NCBI GenBank assembly: GCA_051011575.1 | Contig: JBPCTR010000248.1 | Location: 1-55,607 of the forward strand | Direction: 5' to 3' | Source of the DNA: Acidimicrobiales bacterium | GTDB taxonomy: Bacteria; Actinomycetota; Acidimicrobiia; Acidimicrobiales; SHLQ01 | Length of the DNA: 55,607 nt | In this document: positions 53,201-55,607 of the stretch, piece after piece | How the letters are laid out: each line of letters opens with the position of its first letter | How positions within the stretch are numbered: position 1 is the stretch's first letter | Made by a program: the position numbers and the translations under genes | Notes under the pieces: generated by a model | Told to the model about the DNA's origin: nothing | Database searches by the model: none | The model's input: only the letters and a program-made list of their open reading frames with translations

Positions 53201-55331
53201 TGCGGTCGCCGTCGATCGAGACCGAGTGGCCGAAACGATCACCATCGGAGTCGCCAGTCGATGTGAAGGCAACATCGAATATTGAATTCGAGAAGGACCG
53301 GATGCGAATCTCGCCGGAATTCTGTCCGAGCACGTCGGATCCGGGCCCAGCCAGCGCCCAAGAGTCACCGAAGGCGACAACCTGGAATCCCCAAAGGTCG
53401 CCGGGCTGTGCCGACGCCGGTGTATGCGTGACGATCGAGTTGTAGTTGTCGGTGGCGCTGTCGACAACGCTCCACAACGTTCCACCTGTGCCGTTCGCGG
53501 CGGTGTCTCCCTGAACCACGTGGGTTCCCGAGAAGTCGACCGAATGCGGACCTGGAACGGAGCCTCCTGGACTACCCCGGAACGAGAGAGGGTCAGTCGG
53601 GGGCGGAGCGTTACCTGCCGCGATCACGTATTGCCACACACGGTCGGTTCCCGGTTCGCCGATGAATAGCGAAGCGTCCCCATCGATGTCGGACTCCACC
53701 GCGACGGCGCTTCCGAGCTCCGCATTGTCGATCGTGCCCGACCGAACCTCGTACGGCGTGCTCAGCGACCCCGGCGAACCTGACGTGTACTGCGTATAAA
53801 CCGCTGAACCCGCGTTCACCAGGGCGGGCACTACGCGATCTGCCACCGGGGCGCCGACCAGAATGTGGGTTCCGCTGTCGGACACCGAGACGATCGACCC
53901 GAAGCTGACAAGCGTGCGAGGCGGCACGATCTCGAGTCCGGTGGAGGTGAGGTAGTCGGAGCCCGACGTCTCGTACACGTAGGCGCGATCGGAGCCGCGC
54001 GCCCCGACCACGAGAACCCCGTCGGCAAGGTCGACGCCCGAACCGAAGTTCGCGAACGATTGACCACCACTCGCCGTTGCACCGCAAGCGCCGCCTGTGG
54101 GATCGCAGTCGAACACGGTGGTCTGCAGGGACCAGCCGAAGGGTGTGGTGGGCGCCTGCTCGTACACGTACACGGCGCCCGCGTTGGTGCCGTTGCCGTT
54201 GTTGTCGAACTCGGCGCCGATCGCGATGCGGTTCTCATGCACGTCGACCGAACTACCGAAACCGGAGTTCGCCACCGGCGCCGCGATCACCGTCTGCTGC
54301 ACCCAGCCCGCTCCTCGGTCCTCGAACACGTACACGACCTCGGCGTCGCGGGCCGACACCGCCAACGTCGTGATGCCGCCGATCCCGTGCATCGCCATGG
54401 CGTCTCCCAGGCCGTCGAAGCTCGCATCCGCGATGGGGTCGAGAGTCTGGTCTTCGGTGATCACTGGGTCGACCGTGATCGGGTAGACGGCGCCCGCTGC
54501 ATCGATGGAGAGAACGATCGAGCCGTCGACCACGTCCATGCTCGATGGGAGCGCGCGCAGGTCGGCGTCGAACGCCACGAGGTCGCGGTAGTAGAGCGAC
54601 GCCTCGTCGGCGCGCTCCAGGAGCACCGTGTTCGGGTCGAGGAGCGATGGCGTTGCGTCGAGCACCTCGACGGTGATCTCGAAGGTGGGGGTGACCGCCA
54701 CCGGGGCGAGGATTGTGAAGCCGTGCTCGATACCTCGGTCGACCTCGAAGAACCATTCGGTAAGCGAAGGGTGATGCGCGTACTCGACCACGGTGCCGTC
54801 GGAGATGGCTCCAGGGCTCGTGGTCTCGAAGACGCCGATGGAGTTGGTCGAGAGGATGACCGGAGCGGCCGACGACGCGGCGATGACCGCTGCGCCCGGC
54901 GTGAACAGTGCGTCGAAACGATCGGTGGCGAGCGACGGAATCCCACGGTCGATCGGCGCGGTCAGCGGTGCAGTGGCGGCAGCAGCAGGAGGAACGGCGG
55001 CGACCGCGCTCCCGGCTTCGTGCGCCGCGATCTGGCTCTGAATCGTGGCCCACTCGAGCGGCGTCAGTCCCTCGGGCACCCCGTCGAACGTGACGATGTC
55101 GGCGGGAACGTCGGTGACCACCTCGGCGGCAGCGGCGAGCGCGTCGTTGACGGCCGTGGCCGAACTGTGGTCGACGTCGCCGGCCAGCGATGCGGGCGCC
55201 ACGCTCATGACGGAGGCAGTCATGACCAACACCAAAACGACGGCCAAGAGCCGCCCCAAATCTGGGGCCTGACCAAGCCCGCTCGCGATCCTGACTCGGC
55301 TGCGGGACGCAGCTCTCGTCGAAACCGTCAC
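38217..55331 (-). CDS. Giant secreted multidomain protein (5,704 aa): FG-GAP-like propellers, beta-helix-like insert, PFGAI pentapeptide array, PPC-like domain, clan-CD-like peptidase module, Ig-like domains, helical tail
   Basis: One uninterrupted reading frame of 17,115 nt. GTG 55329-55331 is preceded by GAAGGGACGGGCAA. The translated sequence is consistently protein-like with recognisable repeat families throughout. All other long ORFs across this span are shadow frames. Confidence 0.85.
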   Translation of the reverse strand: MTVSTRAASRSRVRIASGLGQAPDLGRLLAVVLVLVMTASVMSVAPASLAGDVDHSSATAVNDALAAAAEVVTDVPADIVTFDGVPEGLTPLEWATIQSQIAAHEAGSAVAAVPPAAAATAPLTAPIDRGIPSLATDRFDALFTPGAAVIAASSAAPVILSTNSIGVFETTSPGAISDGTVVEYAHHPSLTEWFFEVDRGIEHGFTILAPVAVTPTFEITVEVLDATPSLLDPNTVLLERADEASLYYRDLVAFDADLRALPSSMDVVDGSIVLSIDAAGAVYPITVDPVITEDQTLDPIADASFDGLGDAMAMHGIGGITTLAVSARDAEVVYVFEDRGAGWVQQTVIAAPVANSGFGSSVDVHENRIAIGAEFDNNGNGTNAGAVYVYEQAPTTPFGWSLQTTVFDCDPTGGACGATASGGQSFANFGSGVDLADGVLVVGARGSDRAYVYETSGSDYLTSTGLEIVPPRTLVSFGSIVSVSDSGTHILVGAPVADRVVPALVNAGSAVYTQYTSGSPGSLSTPYEVRSGTIDNAELGSAVAVESDIDGDASLFIGEPGTDRVWQYVIAAGNAPPPTDPLSFRGSPGGSVPGPHSVDFSGTHVVQGDTAANGTGGTLWSVVDSATDNYNSIVTHTPASAQPGDLWGFQVVAFGDSWALAGPGSDVLGQNSGEIRIRSFSNSIFDVAFTSTGDSDGDRFGHSVSIDGDRMAVAALQDDDAAADAGRVHMYERTGPGAPWTADGVIVAPVGSAFANGEFGFGLDLLGDRVVIGNPDITGTGGSPGEAYVFERTGAATWTQLGNTLSGSSAGDRYGAGVAWKDLNNFVVSSPLSDNIAADAGELWEATFGVSWTTSSISTPLVAAGDQLGFSVAVSQDSSGLFVLGAGVPGDDLAGADAGGLHVYQDTGSGFTHVQEFNAPWATGDRVGTAVASDRGHLSVAGIGDQGVGAPLQIHLIVRLGATTYLIEDTATSTLGAAVGAFDTNSYLSMVGRNVIVGRPGAGGQAALFRDVDGTGFNDSDGVGPSPGVPVDQLIPTGTVVGDGVGFSIEFDGNSAVVGAPGAAAGADTGKAVSFNAVPLTHVFTGAVDSAWSDPANWDTGLVPGPTDTAIVPVGADVDTQEEVDRLIIGAGATVDVNLGGRIVINGPAAIEGVLNVFSTAVGPPEDGVSFNDDVTLNGTIIIDSAAPASVFLDAPVTFDGTGTIQNNGILVADTAGSSIGASLSYNTASTSILGVTGDFTIGPDVSEAGRVVVSPGAILTYSGNVSYPGGVLELVIDGDSTTTANHGRVDIAGSSFLNFGRVDVTLDTYTPTAADDYLLVQCAPPGRCDLIGLVASAPLEVTVDEFSIRAALPEVVPNKLIATDGHQRFGTAVDVDGDWAIVSQPGFPGPVWTRFRVLERSPGTGDWTIAQTIEIQNLVLASHPTHGVAIEGNVFAAIANGGDLVVYERPSEGSPFVLNSTIAGPYRSVAMLGSEIIAGRAGTADTLFSNGSNWVVDQTVGPSVPDPDFGFAVAIDGDIAVVTANDDVTITPGAVHVFERIEGTWSTATTLTNPDAATTGDGWFGSAVDLEGLTLLVGHAFEDNDNALSPDSGAAWVYEGSSASSWGTPEKLVASDANTSNGLGIDVELSGGIALIGAAGAQETGVSTRNGAAYAFDNVAGTWTQDETFRAADGAGGDQFGHAVGLSDENVLVGSRRDDNINNVDAGSVYWYSASAPVSTPVFPSGAISGDWAAIGVPDDDVVYIMRNIAGTWTDVQTIAGTASTQFGAAVAMDMPGLTIGAPGADEVQHFRRDATGQFVLRATRNGDPNSRYGSSVGISYPFAIVGAPLADANGVDSGSIHTYRFSFPQEERVDGFAAGDQFGFSVSRSVSDWWIGAPYADSSGFTDNGNVYRYRTITGVPSNTIEASAPQNNGLFGWAVDGDDLRAAIKLGGSVGITIWDQTTGQTTLAGISTGFGQELVLAGDLLSLNDQGIGQGESFSDNGNDGVFASVDVSSGQYVDVASDGGTVLWVLEATGPVTAGTDLATFVIPDQSPPSGKVLPEFGGSYNRFGQNVDVDGDTMVVVARAREVVANEIGSLYVFERVLGEWTLSQRIDDGTFSLRSVSIEGDVIAAGRVGSVRVFERPGFGSPFAELTTVTGVPSDVMDLDIEADSLVVGAFNGGAGQVDVYDGGAASWATDTPQTISANAPKTASDDLFGGSVHLEGNVLAVGAPGTLGASGQSGYVDVLTRPDALSPFVFDRTLDEAEVNDDFGTEVAISDGWIIVGADGASSNVGAVYVYDEASGAVPTATLETGATPLNQRFGVQLDADAGVLVASTFRGDNHSFSLLTNPPTPLQVDTVSDQEEPFVNDNDGYLAVSAGTLAVGHNFEDQQGENSGAVYAIELPDPVAPVPGRIEAPDAAAGDFFGQDIDIHDNWMVVGARNGNGGEGSAYVFERDLFTEEWTFVTEISSPSPVMGEWFGVSVAISGTRQEADGDAGNMVVAVGAPDPFGATMGTVHLFRYDFILDDWVLSESIPAPVGYESFGFSVDVEQTTSAFRNGTYLVAVGAPSITGGTGDAAVYRYTVTENPSFGDSLVTIGEALAPADNSGNQHGWSVAIDGDTVVVSERGADFGPTADVGQAHVYRVESSAVEFEATLVQPGSDQDASDLHGHSVAVDGDLAVVTAFFDGSAGAASGAAYVYTRTGTTWSDGEALSSITGPGDNFGTKARVEDGQVIVSSFAGGSNGAGLVQGFSFDVSDGWVGGDVFEWEAGVPGDGMGSGIALGEDGTVMVGTAEDDTSAGVDAGGVHEYSTVVDSAPGKLVANDAGIGRAGDGSLFGGSVDIDGEWMIVGATEDFAASEPGNAYMFRRIAGEWVLFDEFGDDIPSGPNFDFGIEVAVGGDWAAVTEQDNSTWIFNFDGISWTLVNDISFTGANRALDVDIDGVNDRLIASDPILGVGVGNVHIYDLIVSGSHVEHTVNLPGDIADAWFGQFVAIDGDVAMATASRDQGTPGVVNTGTVRVFERSGTTWNQTQTLESGVGGQLFGGGGVELSGSTALIGEPGGNAAWVYTFDGLEWGPEQELTVLGEPFADQLGTTVDLDGDLAVIASPRASVDGMFAGEAHVFERTGSTWTVQQSITASDREMGDSFAAAVGLSGTDLAVGAPFDHNNEGIFAGGVYTFELVAPLVAGKIISPDDADIRFGHDIDIDGDRAIVGALGDPSVPGDFGAAWVLTRDGLTNGWTVLQELVPSTPVLDDRFGASVAISGSRIAVRTITKIVIFEEVTVDVWTEVGTINTPSEGGALDLEGNTLFAGRLGQPSGGFADAGIVEVWTGSGATWSLDQTLEPSVPRTEGWFGGSIDVDGGRVLIGSPGREGVGDPGEAYIFELASIWDEIDRLVVTPPATRSVGAAVALDGDLAVVGAGRDGDLTATGVVHVFEAPATGTDWTQVAQILDPAGVNGDSFGQSVDIVGERIGVGVSGGDPGGIVGAGDLRIYDRTAPDAWTLVSTLAASDGVGSDFLGESIALAPDSILGGAPFEDNTNGNNAGSVYFFDTPDVLIPDDPSLTFTLGLQPGAQPSVIGGGTGIAVSELTDAATVIEDNAGNTTSVGSTGLQEAGVAESPFGAIRLDATPFGAIAANDPVLSALPLLSVGLDQPGGWAAILDSDPAGEYDDLPLVNITLGDVFSDPDLAGAVGAIPFGAIDVNGTPFGAIPFGAIALGGIPISDIPLDADRLAPAEIAEDWCAILADSDRPCGAGNTLDPTATVMSVGLSDVPFGAIPFGAIPFGAIDVDEAPFGAINLSELGIASTPFGAIPFGAIELAGTPFGAIPFGAIDFESIPFGAIPFGAIDIDGIAFEQVPFGAIPFGAIDVNGAPFGAIPFGAIVLGETSLDQIPLDADRTGPAEIEADWCSLMAEYGLDCTGATPVGSTTVVDLGVRGVPFGAIPFGAIDYTSIPFGAIPFGAIGVEELPFGAIPFGAIPFGAIDLTGTPFGAISTDGTVGGIPFGAIDVQGSPFGAIEVDHVAVGPNPFGAIPFGAIGLEELPFGAIPFGAIDVNGLPFGAIPFGAITVDQIPFGAIDLAESPFGAIELIDLPFGAIGNIVDCSLVDCETATLRDAFLAGAILPGAVLADLGAASDDFRLPDLAEHLTTNTAQDLYGAVAAWAIANSITIADLTNFANLTLGDLPVDHPLFAQTLLGDLGDGLDTVTWLDLALAVDVAGDPVVDLEVILDAHAVTNGLTLADFESFGDVTFSELLPALTLSGGQLGDLGVFLAFIRLNEIGNLTQGDVTAALSNVNGNGPWLVSDAVNDPDLGLGNMLLADLLGSPDWGAATVADLVNALPADELAGFTLGDLLLGLLPPGALPWGVAFENIDAADIPGVMPPIGMQAQFALTGTRTRTITVAVELPAGAGYVPGSAVVTAPLGGDLEPELVDGRLVWTFTGVEPGVDDQTPGQTYNLDFDIQPSVSVGASLVNSDARIVGTTAVVESSAILEVVEAFEPNDTPPGIPAAEDTVYLVNISTDTDIDLFHVDIGDGDSIAVNLSGLPADFDIVLYSDLGAPVSSTALSQTSDADPIVPVLDPDADQSEAVPDQGFRRLDQEFDDLALVEVSNSRSLDEETIIAERLPAGRYIIQVHGHDGVTSPDPAVLQIQVEGAEAVPACVARGALPAAAAGVAPNFATLPADLNTVILVNEQRFEQIYGAGGRSLVTNSLNDLVTAMDSDPEISQMGLSGVVVPVDGFADVRAAYAALDNPANAEDACDPNTTNAIVSEIISDVLDPIRALRDIENIVLIGSDDLLPMARLADATEVANEFDYRFDLTGRNAFTSSFWASTFLSDDPYGETAALPFGDRFIYLPDAALGRVLEEPQQIKDYIDQFILFDGILAAETGLVAGYDFLIDGSEAIADELTGPIAPADLDRDLEDGIDDLNGDGAWTATDIGDRLLTPDGAGDANGPDIVSFNAHFDHYRALPAAGDQVPGFNDNFEVSEIDALPAADGLLDGSIIFSMGCHSGLNVPNTSTGLTGVLDDWAEAFIDQQAVYVGNTGFGYGDTETVGYTERLLQLFARNLVNPINVDALDPNDITTIGQAMQFAKQEAYSELVDVSVYHEKAIQESTLYGLPFFRVGVPAQPAPEAPDNEPFIDPLTGEGAVVFMADADNIPNPVGTELYYSNLNDAGDPSTITQPGRPIQPSLTLDVTDVLALDTTQIETEARGAIILDMTSSYVGIDPVVAVPVFDESSQAPEPDLDNINYPTVPQRISTFEKPEGQRQNLVLATGQYRGTEDAGVQRLDDDIDVIVYYSNDADRSAPAILRVDSVLDGAQLTITAEVDDHGGSGVDRVYVLATPSAGDVTAEWFGIDLIESPPASGRWVGAVTFPTVPTNMEFLVQAKDNAGNVGVSTNKAENFSDEVAPPPPVSLTTAVTASVGGDPINGFYTGPVTVTADADGLPIQFSLDGAPLEELTPAGVAVAGDGIHTVEFVVADGQTAIEIVTIDTLAPAVTLIQPQVGSVYAQGQEVAAIFSCQDPAGASCSAVVGGLTLESGDLLPTTSVGAFTITVTGTDALGNVASAVGSYEVVGGLGFLVDQINDLIANEPDNKIRKELEKTLENVNKAVVHLEKTPIEISQAIKDLKKAAKEVDDALDKGLPQAVGDDLLNTLGNLGRNLAFEAINTAMTRGGDPDDIDEAIEHFQEGVILLATDVEDALDEFEDAAKDAEKA
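38220..38645 (-). other. C-terminal charged helical tail of the giant protein (about 140 aa)
   Basis: LVDQINDLIANEPDNKIRKELEKTLENVNKAVVHLEKTPIEISQAIKDLKKAAKEVDDALDKG...DALDEFEDAAKDAEKA is K/E/D/A/L-rich with a heptad-like appearance. No LPXTG motif, TM segment or lipobox. Confidence 0.5.
39990..41330 (-). other. Gingipain (C25)/clan-CD-like putative cysteine peptidase module; candidate dyad His4950 (40482-40484) and Cys4996 (40344-40346)
   Basis: The order of blocks resembles C25 as I remember RgpB: NIVLIGSDDLLPM (cf. VLLIGDHKDIP), IVSFNAHFDHY (cf. YTGHGS), SIIFSMGCHSGLN (cf. FIFDVACVNG) and STLYGLPFF (cf. FGDPSL). The His is not followed by Gly, so the assignment is tentative. Confidence 0.45.
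41455..41885 (-). other. PPC-like (bacterial pre-peptidase C-terminal type) beta-sandwich domain
   Basis: EPNDTPPGIPAAEDTVYLVNISTDTDIDLFHVDIGDGDSIAVNLSGLPADFDIVLYS...LPAGRYIIQVHGHDG follows the EPND...D.D.f.f.v..g..l.v.l....D.dl.ly.....G.Y.i.V pattern. Confidence 0.55.
43080..44513 (-). repeat. PFGAI pentapeptide-repeat array (aa 3607-4084 of the giant protein)
   Basis: I count about 38 exact PFGAI units, mostly as PFGAIPFGAI doublets separated by D/E-h-x-x-x pentapeptides (DVNGA, DIDGI, ELAGT, DFESI...). On the plus strand this appears as GATCGCACCGAACGG-type 15-mers with synonymous variants. Confidence 0.9.
44715..51255 (-). repeat. FG-GAP-like beta-propeller blades, block B (about 41 blades)
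   Basis: Same unit as block A. Examples: GAVHVFERIEGTW, GSAYVFERDLFTEEW, GAAYVYTRTGTTW, GEAHVFERTGSTW, GEAYIFELASIW, GSVYFFDTPD. Boundaries are approximate. Confidence 0.75.
51270..52080 (-). other. Beta-helix-like insert between the two propeller blocks (about 270 aa)
   Basis: WSDPANWDTGLVPGPTDTAIVPVGADV, then Gly/Thr/Val/Asn-rich short strands (ATVDVNLGGRIVINGPAAIEGVLNVF..., VTFDGTGTIQNNGILVA..., ILTYSGNVSYPGGVLELVIDG). These resemble autotransporter-associated / parallel beta-helix repeats. Confidence 0.4.
52110..54430 (-). repeat. FG-GAP-like beta-propeller blades, block A (about 14 blades)
   Basis: A recurrent unit of about 55-60 aa: (D/N)xFG.SV...G..h.VGAP..D......G.vYVFe(R)....W. Examples are FGSIVSVSDSGTHILVGAP and DRFGHSVSIDGDRMAVAAL...AGRVHMYERTGPGAPW. 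Boundaries are approximate. Confidence 0.75.
55182..55331 (-). other. Predicted Sec-type signal peptide of the giant protein (aa 1-50)
   Basis: Positively charged n-region (RAASRSRVR), hydrophobic core LLAVVLVLVMTASVMSV, then APASLA|GD, an AxA-like cleavage context. Confidence 0.65.
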
Positions 55332-55552
55332 TTGCCCGTCCCTTCACTCGCAGCGAAGGATTGGGGCATTCGCCGCACCCCGGGAACCCCGACCCATTGG
55401 CCGAGATCCACCCTCGCCGCCGTCCACAGCGCCACGCAGTACATCCACGAAGCAGACTGCTAAATGGCTATCAGCGCCCCGTCACTTGGACAAGCTGGAA
55501 TTCTCCAAATGACCACACAATGTCACCAATATCCGCAACTCGACGTCCGAGT

Positions 55553-55582
55553 TTGACAGCTTTGATGTCGTTTCAATATGTT
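55553..55582 (+). promoter_or_regulatory. Candidate sigma-70-type promoter pointing rightwards out of the window
   Basis: TTGACA (55553-55558), an 18-nt spacer, then TATGTT (55577-55582), within the AT-richer final 170 nt. No downstream gene is visible to support it. Confidence 0.25.
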
Positions 55583-55607
55583 CTGATCTATCGCACATCC
55601 GCTACTC

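Noticed and set aside
55290-55331. Twin-arginine (Tat) signal for the giant protein
   Set aside because: The n-region reads RAASRSRVRIAS, with no S/T-R-R-x-F-L-K-like consecutive Arg pair. A Sec-type signal is more consistent, and a 5,704-aa protein is an unlikely Tat substrate.
39378-55463. Other long plus-strand or alternate-frame ORFs inside the giant gene (39378-40979, 46488-48473, 49803-51824, 53865-55463, and 46072-47259 on the minus strand)
   Set aside because: Same reasoning. They are Arg/Gly/Asp-rich and non-protein-like, have no independent start context, and lie wholly within a frame that has clear repeat and domain structure.

Overview
High-GC chromosomal segment of actinobacterial type. 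The mycothiol amidase Mca, NucS, an LLM-class oxidoreductase and imuA'-imuB/dnaE2 point to Actinomycetota; no finer placement is possible from sequence alone. Positions 1-34.4 kb are densely packed, mostly ordinary genes, many joined by ATGA/GTGA/TGATG start-stop overlaps. They include an EAL fragment, a Kef-type antiporter, a UbiB kinase, nucS, a VanW lipoprotein, a geranylgeranyl-reductase-like flavoprotein, typA, DUF4349, PAP2, SDR, mug, LLM, TrpB2, an RND permease, YqeY, thermonuclease, SCP2+mca, a J-domain protein, a YceI+MarR pair, dnaE2, thrB and a Gpt-like PRT. The SOS mutasome is present as two LexA-box-preceded units: imuA'-imuB and a separate dnaE2. The right-hand 21 kb is the unusual part. 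A 1,240-aa tandem-cyclase/AAA/TPR protein (34498-38220, +) converges, with overlapping stop codons, on one uninterrupted 17,115-nt ORF (38217-55331, -). That ORF encodes a 5,704-aa protein with a signal peptide. By manual reading it contains about 55 FG-GAP-like propeller blades split by a beta-helix-like insert, then a 478-aa array of an in-phase pentapeptide repeat (PFGAI, about 38 exact copies). After a Leu/Asp-rich region come a PPC-like domain, a gingipain/clan-CD-like putative cysteine-peptidase module, Ig-like domains and a charged helical tail with no recognisable anchor. A GGGTCTGACCCCTTT-type palindromic element occurs at two unrelated intergenic sites. I recognised no rRNA, tRNA, CRISPR array, transposase or integrase. 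Most long ORFs in the track that overlap the calls below are antisense or alternate-frame shadows typical of high-GC DNA. All domain calls rest on remembered family signatures, not on searches, and sub-gene coordinates are approximate.
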